Source of the DNA: an uncultured virus (IMG/VR IMGVR_UViG_3300010357_000155)
Lineage: Duplodnaviria; Heunggongvirae; Uroviricota; Caudoviricetes
DNA length: 64,000 nucleotides
Strand: one strand, 5' to 3'
Virus record (IMG/VR): IMGVR_UViG_3300010357_000155
How positions within the stretch are numbered: position 1 is the first letter of the stretch; each line of letters opens with the position of its first letter. Made by a program: the position numbers and the translations under genes. A model generated the notes under the pieces. It did not search any database. It was not told where the DNA came from and saw only the letters and a program-made list of their open reading frames with translations. Below, one piece after another: positions 20,481 through 31,375 of the stretch.

Positions 20481-20610
20481 ACTCCTTTAGACTCATATAG
20501 GAATACTAGACATCGAGTCAGTTGTCTAATATATACGTCAATAAATATATATGTAATTGAATAAAAATCAAATTCAAAAATTGTTTGACTGTTACCTAAA
20601 GGAATTTCAA

Positions 20611-21048
20611 ATGCCTACCTTCTTATTAAAGAAATACGACAAGACACAATCTGAACAAGTTAATCAGGAAACTCCTGAAACTCCTAAGAAAGAAGAAGAG
20701 ATAGAAGAAGCTAAAGATATGACTATCACTGTCACAGGTGCTATCTCTCAAATCGTTGCGACAGCTTTGCAAAAAGTTCTTGAAAACACTCAAGTACATA
20801 TGAGTGAAGTTGAAGGTGATACTAAAGACGCTGAGGTTAAAGCAATCAGCACCGAAAATATTAATGAAGAACCTGTTGACACATTAAGGTCTATACAGGA
20901 TAATGACTTTGTATTTATTCACACCAATGGTTTTACTACTGCACAAGAAGCTTGGTTCTTAACCAATATCGAAAATAAAACTAAGAATGTTGTTTATACA
21001 ATCGAAAGTTTTATTAAACACGTTAAAGCTCATTTTAAGCTTATTTAA
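20611..21048 (+). CDS. Probable virion protein
   Basis: ATG 20611 after AAAGGA (track extends ORF to TTG 20557); late-type motif TTGTTTGACT; AISTE protease-like site. Confidence 0.6.
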   Translation: MPTFLLKKYDKTQSEQVNQETPETPKKEEEIEEAKDMTITVTGAISQIVATALQKVLENTQVHMSEVEGDTKDAEVKAISTENINEEPVDTLRSIQDNDFVFIHTNGFTTAQEAWFLTNIENKTKNVVYTIESFIKHVKAHFKLI

Positions 21049-21050
21049 TT

Positions 21051-22271
21051 ATGAAAGTTAAAGAGGCGTTTGATAAGCTATTCGAAGGAGTCAAGTTCGA
21101 TACTAGCTTTTACAAAAAAATAGTCTTTAACAATATTGAATTTATTACTCGAAATACAGAGTTTAAGAATCTGTTTGGTTCTAAACTTATCGGAAATCAT
21201 TTTGTTAAATACACAATGTATGACAAAGATATTTTCTACAACAACTTATTCAATATACCTGCGTCTAATGTCATTGAGGCTATTGACGGCATTACCACAA
21301 TTAATAAAAGTTTTAAGATAGCACGTGATGACGTTAATCTTGTTTGCTTCTATATTGCTCATAGATTCTTATCTAATAAGGATTTAAAGAAAGAGCACGC
21401 TGAAGAATATGCTAAAGAAATTTTAAACTACTTTAACTATAGAACTTTGGTTCTTATTTCTAGTAACTATTTTGTTTATCCTATTTCAGAAGAAAAAGCT
21501 TTAACGCTGATGGAACGTCTGAATAATAAATACATTATTAAGAAGCTTAAGAACTGGAATGAATATTGTCAGTATCGTAGCCAAGAGTATGTCGATAGTA
21601 AGTTTAACGAATTACTGATTAAGTTTAATCGTGACGACGAACTTCCTAACGCAATCACCGAGTTATTTAATAGAACCAAAGATACTCTTAAGAACATCTA
21701 TGGTGAATTCATCGACATGATGGAAAACGATGACATCATTAAAAGTCGTAAAAGTATTATTAATGATGTCGAAGGTCAAGAAGTTATTGTTGATAAACTA
21801 GATACTCCTGAAAAGTATTTTATTAAGATAGAAAATATCCTTGTTGAAAAGAATACATTTATTAAGAAAGATTATATTCATGTTGTAACGGATATTATTA
21901 ATAGTGTTTCTTATAAACAAGTTGAAGAAACATTAACGCTTATTTGTGATTATAATTTTACAAGTCGTGAAACAAATGATAAAGTCCTCGCTTTTGTTAA
22001 AAATGTATTAGTCAATACAATCGACTATTTAAATAAAAACAATATATTCTTGCATAGTAAATCAGATGTTATTGACGTTATGAACACTATCGTTGGTAAT
22101 GTATTATATGCTCGTGGTACAGATATTGAAATTAATAAAGTTAAAGACCAAGGCGATAAACTTATTAAAGAAATTTATAAATCACATAAGAAATCTATCA
22201 CTGATAGAAACATTAAAAATATTCGTAACGCAGTTTATATCTATGTTGTACTTCGCGCTATAGTCGATTAA
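21051..22271 (+). CDS. Conserved virion structural protein
   Basis: 406 aa, helical; follows late-type gene; INKSFKIARDDVNL...IIKKLKNW motifs resembling a phiKZ-like core protein. Confidence 0.65.
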   Translation: MKVKEAFDKLFEGVKFDTSFYKKIVFNNIEFITRNTEFKNLFGSKLIGNHFVKYTMYDKDIFYNNLFNIPASNVIEAIDGITTINKSFKIARDDVNLVCFYIAHRFLSNKDLKKEHAEEYAKEILNYFNYRTLVLISSNYFVYPISEEKALTLMERLNNKYIIKKLKNWNEYCQYRSQEYVDSKFNELLIKFNRDDELPNAITELFNRTKDTLKNIYGEFIDMMENDDIIKSRKSIINDVEGQEVIVDKLDTPEKYFIKIENILVEKNTFIKKDYIHVVTDIINSVSYKQVEETLTLICDYNFTSRETNDKVLAFVKNVLVNTIDYLNKNNIFLHSKSDVIDVMNTIVGNVLYARGTDIEINKVKDQGDKLIKEIYKSHKKSITDRNIKNIRNAVYIYVVLRAIVD

Positions 22272-22309
22272 AAGAACACCAGAGGGGAGTTACCCCTCTG
22301 GTGTCTTAT

Positions 22310-25300
22310 TTACACGCTCACAGACTTCCTGGATAGATCTACGGCACTCTTTGGAACAGATTTGTCTACAGCAGAAGGAGCTGCTGACGGAGTTTTACCT
22401 GCAGCCAATTCTTTAACCTTATCCATGTCAAATTTACCATCGATAGAAGTTAAGATTGAAGCGATTTGTTTAAGTGTTGAAAGTTGATCATTCATCAAAC
22501 TTTCCATATTCTTAGGATTCAAAACGGAACTTTGCTGCGGAGCTGGCGCTTGCGCTGGTTCCGGAGTTGGTGCCGCTGTATTGATTGTTTTATAAGGAGA
22601 CTGTTCAGGTTTATAAACAGCCTTTTGGAATCCAGAGTCCTTAGACGCCAGTGCTGTGTTGTTGCTAGCAGGAGAAGAAGGGGTGTCTGTAGGAACTGAT
22701 TTAGAAGCATAGCTTGTAGTGTCAGCTGGTTTAGTTGCACTCCCAGCATCCTTAGTTGCACCACCTGCTGTACTAATTTTATTACTGATTTTCTGAACAT
22801 ATCCACCGACTGTGTTATCACCGATTGCTGCTGTATTTGCTTTGTAAGCAGCACTGCTAACAGCATCCTTCATTGGTGTCTTAGGATCTTTCTTCAAGAA
22901 TTCAATAACTTTCTTAGAACCACTTAACCCATAATGGTGAGCTAAATAGATAGCAGTTGATTCATCAATACCTGCTGACTTATAATCACCTATACCAGCT
23001 AGGTTTTCTTTAGCATATTCCATTGCCATTAAGGCATTGTAATAATTATTGTCCGGTTTAGCATCCGCAGGTAAACCATATTTAGGACCATATTTCTTAA
23101 CAAGAGCATCCCAAGTTCCTCCGACAATCTGGAATAAACCTGTTGCAGAACTGTTCTTATTCTTAACGCTTCCGCCTTTAAGACTTGACTCCATCTTAGC
23201 GTAAGCCATCATTGTTTCTTCACTCATCCCAGTCATCTTGGCAGCTTGTTTAATAGCTGCTTCCGGACCAAGCTCAGCAAACTTTCCGACATTTGTGTTA
23301 GCATTAGCTGGTGTTACTGATTCTGATTTCTCTAAAGGTTTATCTTTAGGATTGGTCGTTGGTTTCTTTTCACCTTCAACATCAGTTCCAATTGCAGCTT
23401 TAGTGTCTTTATTAAGTTGTCCACCAGTTGGTGAACTTGCACCGTCTATTTTAGGAGCCGGAGAAGCTGATTTGGTTTCAGCATCTTTAGGTTTCTCAGA
23501 CATTTCTGGTTTAGGATTTAAATTTTCATTGGGACTCTTAACTGCCTTTGTCGGGTCAATTGTGTCACCACCGGCTTTATTGTAAATAGCCAATTGATAT
23601 TCAGTGTTACGTTTCTTCATAACAGAATCGTCTTTGGAACCATAACCATCTCCGCCTCTACCAGGTGAAGCCATTACAGTCTTAGTACGATAATTTTGAT
23701 CTTTCTTAGCAAGTACAGGATTAAGTGAAACACCTATAGGTTCAAGGTGCCACTTTTCTCCACCAATAGGTCGAGTAAATCCATACTTACGCATCAAACC
23801 AAGTTTATCAAGTTCATCAGCAGCTGCACCGTTAATGTCTACAGCTAAACCAAACTCATGAGTAGAGTTACCAGGTTTTGCAGCCTTACCTGGATACTTA
23901 GCATAAAGAGCAGCTTGATCGTCGTACGATCTAAATGCTTCATTAACAGGAAGAGACTTACCAGTTAATGAATTATATTCTTTTGCCATGCCGGTGAATA
24001 ACTCACGAACATTAGGATCAAGATTATATATTTTTTCTTTCTGTAAACGTGTACTAATACCTTCTAGTGATGTGCTACCAGGATAGAGTTCTCCAGAAGC
24101 TTTACTAAGTTTACCAGCGGCTTTAGTTTCCATCTTAGAGCTATCAGCTTTTGTATCAGCTTTAGGTGGCGTGGCACTATCAGCATCGCCTGGTAATTTA
24201 TCAGGAGGAGGTTGTTTCGGAGGAGGAGGAGCAGCTGCTTTACTTTCTTCAGCTTTCTTCTGATCCGGTTGTTTAGAAGAAATATCTGTAGTCTTTCTAC
24301 CTTTATTTTCTTTATCGATTTTCTCAGACATATTAGGATCTTTTTGATTTGCTTGATCCTTACATTGATTAGTGATATTAGTTAATAAAGCATCAACTTC
24401 ATCCTTCGTAGCATAAATTTTTGTATCGTCAAATGTCGGAGCATCCTGTATGTCATAAATGACCGTAGGAACACTGATACGAGTTACAACATTATAAGCA
24501 TCTGCTGGTTTAAGTTTATCGATTTCATCAACATAGATACTGTTATTAACACTATAAAGAGCTTGCATGAATGCTTTATACGCAGGCATAAAACGCTTAA
24601 CAAACCAAGTGTTGAGTACTTTATATTTATCTTTCTCTTCACGTTTAACCTTGAAGATATCTAATATCTTATCAATATCGTCATTATTAAGTTTATCTAC
24701 GGTAACTTTATAATCACGGAACTTAATATAATCTTTCATCATCATTTCAAGATCAAAGACCTTAGAATAATGATCTTTCTTAGTATCATTGAAACCGTAC
24801 ATTAATAATCTTAAGCGTGTTAATTTACCACCAAGATCATCGGCAACATTGTTTCTTGTAACATATTTATAAAGTTTATAACCTAAGTATGCTGCTGTGG
24901 CTGCGGCCGCAATCCAACCAACAGGACCAGTTGCTATTGTTAAGGCTGCTTTACCTGCTAATTGTAAAGCACCACCAACAAAAGGAAGAGCTGCTCGTCC
25001 CGCTGCCATGATACCTTTACCAGCTAAGCTAGCTGCACCTTTAAGACCGCCACCAACTAAACTAGAGGTTAGTTTTGCTATACTACCAGCAATACCAGGA
25101 ACAATAGACATAATTGTCTTACCAAGTCCCTTGACAACAAATCCACCTAAATAACCAATAGTTTTACCAAAGCCTTTTAATAAGAACCCACCAAGTTTTC
25201 CAACAACACTACCGATTAAACCAGCAGCGGTACCGATAGCACCCAAGATCTTACCAATCCAAGAACTACCAGCTTTTTTCTTTCCGGCTTCTTGGACAGC

Positions 25301-25834
25301 TTTCTTTTCTTCTTCAACTTCTTTCTTACGTTTTTCAGCTTTCTCAGTAGAACGACTAAACATCTTATTAAAAAATCCTTGTTTCTTTTCAGATTTTTCT
25401 TCAGCTTTAGCGTTATTACCTTCTGTTTCAGCCTTTTCCTTTTCAGTAAGAGAAGTCTTTTCTTCTTTCTTCTCTTCTTCAGGCGGACTAACACCTGTTT
25501 CATTTTCCTTCTTAAACATGCCTGTTAACTTAGACTGAAGCTCGGTTGCTTTGCCTTTGGCTGTTTCTAAGAAACCTTTTTCCTTAACTTGATTAAAAGC
25601 AGATATACCTTTATCTAAATATTCTTTACCTTTACTTTGAGCTTTTCCTGCAATATCTTCAACATCAATATTTCTTTTCTTAAGCATTTTATCTAAAGTC
25701 TTAATAATGCTTTCGACCTTACTAATACTTGTTTTAATAAATATAACTGCATTTGATGATTCGTGTTGTTTAAATGTGGACTTAGTTGCTTCTCTAAGAG
25801 ACGCAAATAAATCTTTAAAAACGTTATCAGACAT
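22310..25834 (-). CDS. Tail-associated peptidoglycan hydrolase (M15/VanY-like peptidase plus SLT lysozyme-like domain), gp181 C-terminal-like
   Basis: FRSYDDQ...PGNSTHEFGLAVDI...EKWHLE (peptidase M15); MESS...SSATGLFQ...YLAHHYG (lysozyme-like/SLT); Gly/Ala-rich tape-measure-like segment; RBS favours ATG 25834 over TTG 25870. Confidence 0.85.
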   Translation of the reverse strand: MSDNVFKDLFASLREATKSTFKQHESSNAVIFIKTSISKVESIIKTLDKMLKKRNIDVEDIAGKAQSKGKEYLDKGISAFNQVKEKGFLETAKGKATELQSKLTGMFKKENETGVSPPEEEKKEEKTSLTEKEKAETEGNNAKAEEKSEKKQGFFNKMFSRSTEKAEKRKKEVEEEKKAVQEAGKKKAGSSWIGKILGAIGTAAGLIGSVVGKLGGFLLKGFGKTIGYLGGFVVKGLGKTIMSIVPGIAGSIAKLTSSLVGGGLKGAASLAGKGIMAAGRAALPFVGGALQLAGKAALTIATGPVGWIAAAATAAYLGYKLYKYVTRNNVADDLGGKLTRLRLLMYGFNDTKKDHYSKVFDLEMMMKDYIKFRDYKVTVDKLNNDDIDKILDIFKVKREEKDKYKVLNTWFVKRFMPAYKAFMQALYSVNNSIYVDEIDKLKPADAYNVVTRISVPTVIYDIQDAPTFDDTKIYATKDEVDALLTNITNQCKDQANQKDPNMSEKIDKENKGRKTTDISSKQPDQKKAEESKAAAPPPPKQPPPDKLPGDADSATPPKADTKADSSKMETKAAGKLSKASGELYPGSTSLEGISTRLQKEKIYNLDPNVRELFTGMAKEYNSLTGKSLPVNEAFRSYDDQAALYAKYPGKAAKPGNSTHEFGLAVDINGAAADELDKLGLMRKYGFTRPIGGEKWHLEPIGVSLNPVLAKKDQNYRTKTVMASPGRGGDGYGSKDDSVMKKRNTEYQLAIYNKAGGDTIDPTKAVKSPNENLNPKPEMSEKPKDAETKSASPAPKIDGASSPTGGQLNKDTKAAIGTDVEGEKKPTTNPKDKPLEKSESVTPANANTNVGKFAELGPEAAIKQAAKMTGMSEETMMAYAKMESSLKGGSVKNKNSSATGLFQIVGGTWDALVKKYGPKYGLPADAKPDNNYYNALMAMEYAKENLAGIGDYKSAGIDESTAIYLAHHYGLSGSKKVIEFLKKDPKTPMKDAVSSAAYKANTAAIGDNTVGGYVQKISNKISTAGGATKDAGSATKPADTTSYASKSVPTDTPSSPASNNTALASKDSGFQKAVYKPEQSPYKTINTAAPTPEPAQAPAPQQSSVLNPKNMESLMNDQLSTLKQIASILTSIDGKFDMDKVKELAAGKTPSAAPSAVDKSVPKSAVDLSRKSVSV

Positions 25835-25851
25835 GTTAATCCTTTTTTCAG

Positions 25852-25892
25852 TATAAGTACACTGGGTCAAAAAATGACCCAGTGTACTTTTT
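25852..25892. terminator. Hairpin between the two halves of the tail lysin locus
   Basis: AAGTACACTGGGTCA-AAAAA-TGACCCAGTGTACTT. Confidence 0.65.
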
Positions 25893-25894
25893 AT

Positions 25895-28800
25895 TTAAAC
25901 AGTTGCAGCTATTTCATTATTTTCTGTTTCAATTTCAGCTAATGTTTCTCTGGCTTCATTGATAAATTTGGTAAATGCTTCACGAATTTGTTTTGTAAAA
26001 TCTTGAACACTAACACCTTCACCAGTATTAATATTCTCAATTCTATTTCTACTTGCTTGTAATTTACCTTTAAATTTCTTTAAGAGTTTGATTTCTTCTT
26101 CTTTAGCTTTGCTAAAAACTTTTAAATTAGCAATCATCTCTTTAATTGATTTTTCATCTGAAACATTTTCACTGATAGCACTACTAACTTCTGAAAGTTG
26201 AGAAGCTTGTTCAGCTTTAATTCTTTCTTCAGTTGCTATGATTTCATCTATCTTTTTAATATGCGCGTCAGCTGCGTTTAAAAATGATTGTTTAATATCA
26301 GGAAGTTTATCCTTTGTTACTTTCTTTAATAAACCATCAAGCTTACCGTATGCTTCTGATAATTTACCTGTAGCTTCTTTATATATTTTCTTACCACTGT
26401 CTTTAGATTGTTTAACAACATCATTAAACATTGTTTTAACGGAAGCACCAATTTCTTTATAACCTTTGGCTTCACTTAAATTCTTTTTAAATTTGCTAGT
26501 AATGTCAGTAAACTTACTTAATTCCTTACCAAACCCTGATTTTTCAAGTTGATCCATAATACTAATTTTAGATTTAGCTTCCGCTAAAGCTTTAACACCG
26601 TTAGGTTTTACCCTAGATATGTTATTAATCTTTCCCATATCGACAAATTCTCTATCCTCTTTCTCTTTACCAAGCTTACCTTCAACTAAGTTTTTCATAC
26701 CTAGTTTACCATCTTCTTGGAGGTCAGGAGAATAATCATAAAGTTTTTGAAACACATCAGGATCAATCTCGAAGTTATTTAATAAGCTTTCATTCATGAC
26801 ACCTAAAAGAACTTCAAATTGAGTTTCTCTTAAGTAGTCTCCTGAGTATTTGATAGCTTTACATTGAGCTACAAATATTTCAATATTAGACACGCACTCA
26901 TCGAAATCTTTTTTTGTTAACATTTTAAAGCACTGACCAGAAATAATATTATCTAAAGTAACTACTGAGTTGGTTGATGTAATAAAACGTGTAAAAGCTT
27001 CTGATATTTTATTAGCAATCGCACCTTCAATTTTATTTTTAACATTAGAGCCAGAAATTGTCGCTGTGACTTTGAATAATTCAATAATAGCTAAGGTCGG
27101 ATAATCTCGTTTAGTATCAAGAACACTTTCATTTAAATTAACATGTTTGTTAGATAGATCATTCTTTTTAAGGATGTCAATATACTTTGCAAGTGTTGGA
27201 TTTTTCTTGACCAACAAAGCTAGATCAGCATTCTGATCTATATTAGTTACGATATTATCATAATTAAAATCATCTTTATCAATTTTCTGTCCAGCTAAAG
27301 CCATAAAATCAGAAAATGACTTCTGTGCCTTTTTATTTTTTAAGAATTTAACATCATCTTTATTACCAGCTTTTTCAGAACTAGTCAAAGCTAATGAATT
27401 AATATTAGATGCAACTCTGTCAACTTTCTTAGACTCTTTGTTAGTGTCTTTGAAAACAGAATCCTGCATTGCTTGTCTAAATTCAGCTTTCGTAGAAAGT
27501 TTTCTATTTTCATAATCATAAACTTGTTCTTCATCATCATTAAATTTTTTCAGTTTACCTAAGTTAACTGTTTTATACATTTGTCTTAAGTTAACATTCT
27601 CACTTAAGATTTTAGAAAGATAGAGAGGAATAACTTCAGTTATACTTCTATGTACTTTATTATCAAATATAGCTGGTTTATTATGTTCAAGTATACTTGA
27701 TTTCTTTACTTCAGACTGTTTAATACCTGGGTCAGTTACACCTAACATCTCACTAGCACCACCGAAGAGTTTGCTAGCTAAGAATCTTAACGGTGAAGAC
27801 TCATCCTGGTATTCTTCTTTTCCCTTATCTGCCTTATTTTTCAAAGAAGCAAAAAGAGTTCTTGGTGAATTTGCTAACATGCTTAGCAGATTACCACCAG
27901 TATTGATAGTTTTATTATCTTTAATTTTATTATTTAGTTTACCGCCCAGCCAGTTGCCAGCTTTCTCACCGAGAATACCGCCACCCATACCGGACAAGAC
28001 ACCACCAAGAACACGACCACCACCGCCACCAAACTCACCGGCTTGGTTAAGACCACCTACTGCGTCGGTTGCTTGATCGATACCATCTGTAATGCCAGAT
28101 ATTTTTTCACTAACTAAATTACTAACTTTTTGTTTAACGTTTTTAATATAATCAGAACTAGAGAAAAGTTGTTTATATGTATTCTGAATAAACTGTGTTC
28201 TTAAAACTTCAGAGACTCTTTCTGATGTATTGAGTTTAACAAAATCAGGAAGCGCACTATACTTAGCAATGTTTTCTAATTGAAGAGAGAAACCTTTATA
28301 GTAGTCTCTCATTGTCTTAAGCATATCTGACTGAATGAAATAACTCTTATATTGAAGCTCTAATGATTTACGATAATACTCTTTACTAATTTGTAAAGTG
28401 AAAGCTGTCTGATTAGAGATATTTCCATCGATACTTGTTAATACATCAATATTAACTTTGTCGATTGCTAATCTTTGTTTCTTATCAACTTGTTCTTCAG
28501 AACTTCTCTTGGCTTCAAAAGCTTTCTGAACATTTAATTGTTTATCAAATATAGAAGCTAAATCAGATTGAATACTTCCTTCTCTGATCTGTTCTTCTGA
28601 TTGTGCTTTAAATTGTTCAAAATCAGTTTCATACTTAGATAAAAAACCATCCAACATTTTAGACTGGAATGGTAGAATCTTTTTAACTTCTTTACCTAAG
28701 TTATATAAACTCTTATTAATCTTGTTCTTGCTTGCGCCGAATGTTTCTTTAGCAAAATCGCCATATTCCATGGCTGCATAATAATTATTGGAATATGAAT

Positions 28801-29023
28801 CAGGTAGTGCTTTGCTTGCTGTCTTTTTAGCTACAGAATCAAGAAAACCTTTACCAGCTTCTTCAGCAAGTTCTTTAGCTATAGCACCAGGTTTACTACC
28901 ACTAGTTGATCTTGAACCATCAATATCCTCTAGTTCACCAAAATCCATACCATCATCTAGACCATCTAAATCATCAAAATCTAATTCGTTATCTAAATCT
29001 TTATTGCCTGATTTCTTTTTCAT
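25895..29023 (-). CDS. Large coiled-coil tail / tape-measure-like protein (gp181 N-terminal-like)
   Basis: 1042 aa; acidic DLDFDD N-terminus, YYRKSLELQYKSYF, ALPDFVK, RSITEVIPLYLSKI motifs; helical; late-type motif upstream. Confidence 0.65.
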   Translation of the reverse strand: MKKKSGNKDLDNELDFDDLDGLDDGMDFGELEDIDGSRSTSGSKPGAIAKELAEEAGKGFLDSVAKKTASKALPDSYSNNYYAAMEYGDFAKETFGASKNKINKSLYNLGKEVKKILPFQSKMLDGFLSKYETDFEQFKAQSEEQIREGSIQSDLASIFDKQLNVQKAFEAKRSSEEQVDKKQRLAIDKVNIDVLTSIDGNISNQTAFTLQISKEYYRKSLELQYKSYFIQSDMLKTMRDYYKGFSLQLENIAKYSALPDFVKLNTSERVSEVLRTQFIQNTYKQLFSSSDYIKNVKQKVSNLVSEKISGITDGIDQATDAVGGLNQAGEFGGGGGRVLGGVLSGMGGGILGEKAGNWLGGKLNNKIKDNKTINTGGNLLSMLANSPRTLFASLKNKADKGKEEYQDESSPLRFLASKLFGGASEMLGVTDPGIKQSEVKKSSILEHNKPAIFDNKVHRSITEVIPLYLSKILSENVNLRQMYKTVNLGKLKKFNDDEEQVYDYENRKLSTKAEFRQAMQDSVFKDTNKESKKVDRVASNINSLALTSSEKAGNKDDVKFLKNKKAQKSFSDFMALAGQKIDKDDFNYDNIVTNIDQNADLALLVKKNPTLAKYIDILKKNDLSNKHVNLNESVLDTKRDYPTLAIIELFKVTATISGSNVKNKIEGAIANKISEAFTRFITSTNSVVTLDNIISGQCFKMLTKKDFDECVSNIEIFVAQCKAIKYSGDYLRETQFEVLLGVMNESLLNNFEIDPDVFQKLYDYSPDLQEDGKLGMKNLVEGKLGKEKEDREFVDMGKINNISRVKPNGVKALAEAKSKISIMDQLEKSGFGKELSKFTDITSKFKKNLSEAKGYKEIGASVKTMFNDVVKQSKDSGKKIYKEATGKLSEAYGKLDGLLKKVTKDKLPDIKQSFLNAADAHIKKIDEIIATEERIKAEQASQLSEVSSAISENVSDEKSIKEMIANLKVFSKAKEEEIKLLKKFKGKLQASRNRIENINTGEGVSVQDFTKQIREAFTKFINEARETLAEIETENNEIAATV

Positions 29024-29108
29024 GACAATCCTTTAATTCATAGTCAAACAATAAAACAAAAATAGAAAAAAAAAAACACCAGGAATTGTCCCGGTGTTCT
29101 TAGTAATA

Positions 29109-29558
29109 TTACCTCAGTTTCTTAAGAGCGTAGTTTTCCCAGTACTCTTTGTACTTACCGCCTTTATCGGCTACGATCTTTTCGAGCTTCTTCTGTTGAT
29201 CATTTCCACGACGCCAGACTGCTCCATCGTCAGTATAGTCATAGTGCCAGTCGTGAGTAAGACACATCCTTCTGAACGCATCAAACTCATCATCACCAGT
29301 ACCGAATTCTCGCTCTTGTGCGGTAAGGAGATACTGACGTTGATTTTCAAGTGCTTTGTGAACAGCGTTATTAATCAAAGCACCGAGTCGATACTTCAAT
29401 CCTTGAATAAAAATATTAACAAAATGAATACCACCACACTTGGCTTCTTCAAAAAGCTTTCCAAACTCTTCAACAGAATTAAAGAGCGTATGGTAACTAT
29501 CCGTTTCAAATGGAAATTGTTGTTTATCAATACGACTAATAAAGGTGTCACGGTCCAT
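29109..29558 (-). CDS. Hypothetical protein
   Basis: 149 aa, AGGAG RBS, HDWHYDYTDD motif; promoter motif at 29627-29641. Confidence 0.7.
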   Translation of the reverse strand: MDRDTFISRIDKQQFPFETDSYHTLFNSVEEFGKLFEEAKCGGIHFVNIFIQGLKYRLGALINNAVHKALENQRQYLLTAQEREFGTGDDEFDAFRRMCLTHDWHYDYTDDGAVWRRGNDQQKKLEKIVADKGGKYKEYWENYALKKLR

Positions 29559-29709
29559 GACAAAACTCCTAGGCTCTTGGGATAAGAATTCTTAGCTGAG
29601 AGCTATGACTAAGAATTAGGTTCATTTAATATATATGTAACCAAGATTATTTCTAATTTATGTTTTCTTATTTTTGACGGCATTTTTTGATATCCTTAAA
29701 GGAAAGACA

Positions 29710-31344
29710 ATGGACGCAACATCTCTTAAAAAACTACCTGTAAATTTAGATTTACTTGCAGTTACAGAACAAGATAAAGTAAGAGTCGGTGAAGTCACTG
29801 ACATGCAAATTTTTGATAACACAAATAACTTCCATCCGAATGGTTTATTTAGTACAACCATTTTTGGTAATATCGGTACAGAGTTTCGTAATAGAACTTT
29901 TGGTTATGTCGACCTTAAGACAGAAATTCTCCACCCGTTAATTTACTTTGCTGCTATTTCTTTAAAAGCTTTTTACAAACAAATTCTTGATGGTACTGTG
30001 TTAGCTGAATGGGATGCTAAGACTAAGTCATTTATTAAATCTAATTCTGATGAAGCCAGAACTGGTTATTCTTTCTTTATCGAACACATTGAAGAACTTG
30101 TCTTTGAAAAGAATGAATCTGAAAAACGTTCTTTCTTGGTTGACTTATTTAATAAAGCCATTAAAGAAAACAAATATAAGATGCGTTATGTTTTAGTTCT
30201 TCCTGCTGGTATCCGTGATTACTCTATCGATGATAACGGTAAACCACAAGAAGATGAAGTTAATAAGTTCTACAGAAAGATGTTATTCCAGTCTAGTATT
30301 ATTGACCCTAATATCTCTAAGAAATCACCTGAAGTTTACGATAACATCCGTAACAGTTTGCAGAAGATCGCTTTAGAGTTATTTGATTTTATTAAAGGTT
30401 TACTTGAAGGTAAACACAAACTCATTTTGGGTAAGTGGTTAACACGTAAGATCTTTAATTCTACTCGTAATGTTCTTTCTAATCCGATTGAACGTGCTAA
30501 CAATATTAATGACACTAACCGTTTAGGTTACAATGAATCCTATATTGGTCTTCACCAGTTTCTTAGAACAGTGGCACCTAAGACACTTTATGAAATTAAG
30601 AATAAATACATTAAAGATATCTTTATTGAAAACAACAGCTTTGCTTATTTAACTAATGTTAAAACTCTGAAACGTGAAGAAGTAATGAACACTCACATTC
30701 AGAAAGACTATGACATGTGGACATCTGGAGATGGTCTTGAAAAGGTTATTGCAAACTTCGGTAATCTTGATTTAAGACATTTACCAGTTACTTTAAACAA
30801 AGGTAAACATTATCTTGGTCTTATCTATAAAGATGGTAAATACTTTAAATTCTTACAAGACATTGACTCTGTTCCTGAAGGATTCGATAAGAGTAAAGTC
30901 TACCCAGTCTCATTAGCTGAATTCCTTTACATGTCTATATTTAATTTATCAGGTAAATATCCTGCGCTTATTACTCGTTATCCAATTACAGGTTATGGTA
31001 GTATCTACCCCTGTATTCTGAAACTTAAAACAACTAACACCTATGATACATTAGAAGAACTTAACTCTGAATGGCAACCTACTGGTGAAGTAGCACACTG
31101 TTTCCCAATTAGAGACAAAGACTTCTTTAATACGATTGCAGCTAATATCAGTCACTACTCAGCAATGGATGCTGACGTTGATGGTGATGCTCTTTCTATT
31201 ATTGGTTTAACCACTGACGAAGCTATTGATGAAGTTAACGACTACTTAACCAGAAAAGAATATTACATCTCTTCTGATAATCGTTTCTACTTTAGTATGG
31301 GTAGAGATACATTAGACGCAATTCTTAACTACATGACAGCCTAA
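29710..31344 (+). CDS. Virion RNA polymerase beta'-like subunit (phiKZ gp180-like)
   Basis: GLFSTTIFG, VLPAGIRD, TRNVLS, ITRYPITG, DADVDGD catalytic motif; ATG 29710 after AAAGGA (track starts at TTG 29674). Confidence 0.9.
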   Translation: MDATSLKKLPVNLDLLAVTEQDKVRVGEVTDMQIFDNTNNFHPNGLFSTTIFGNIGTEFRNRTFGYVDLKTEILHPLIYFAAISLKAFYKQILDGTVLAEWDAKTKSFIKSNSDEARTGYSFFIEHIEELVFEKNESEKRSFLVDLFNKAIKENKYKMRYVLVLPAGIRDYSIDDNGKPQEDEVNKFYRKMLFQSSIIDPNISKKSPEVYDNIRNSLQKIALELFDFIKGLLEGKHKLILGKWLTRKIFNSTRNVLSNPIERANNINDTNRLGYNESYIGLHQFLRTVAPKTLYEIKNKYIKDIFIENNSFAYLTNVKTLKREEVMNTHIQKDYDMWTSGDGLEKVIANFGNLDLRHLPVTLNKGKHYLGLIYKDGKYFKFLQDIDSVPEGFDKSKVYPVSLAEFLYMSIFNLSGKYPALITRYPITGYGSIYPCILKLKTTNTYDTLEELNSEWQPTGEVAHCFPIRDKDFFNTIAANISHYSAMDADVDGDALSIIGLTTDEAIDEVNDYLTRKEYYISSDNRFYFSMGRDTLDAILNYMTA

Positions 31345-31375
31345 GAAGAAGAGAGGGATATCCCTCTCTTCTTCT
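31344..31375. terminator. Perfect 32-bp palindrome between convergent genes
   Basis: AGAAGAAGAGAGGGAT|ATCCCTCTCTTCTTCT. Confidence 0.75.
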
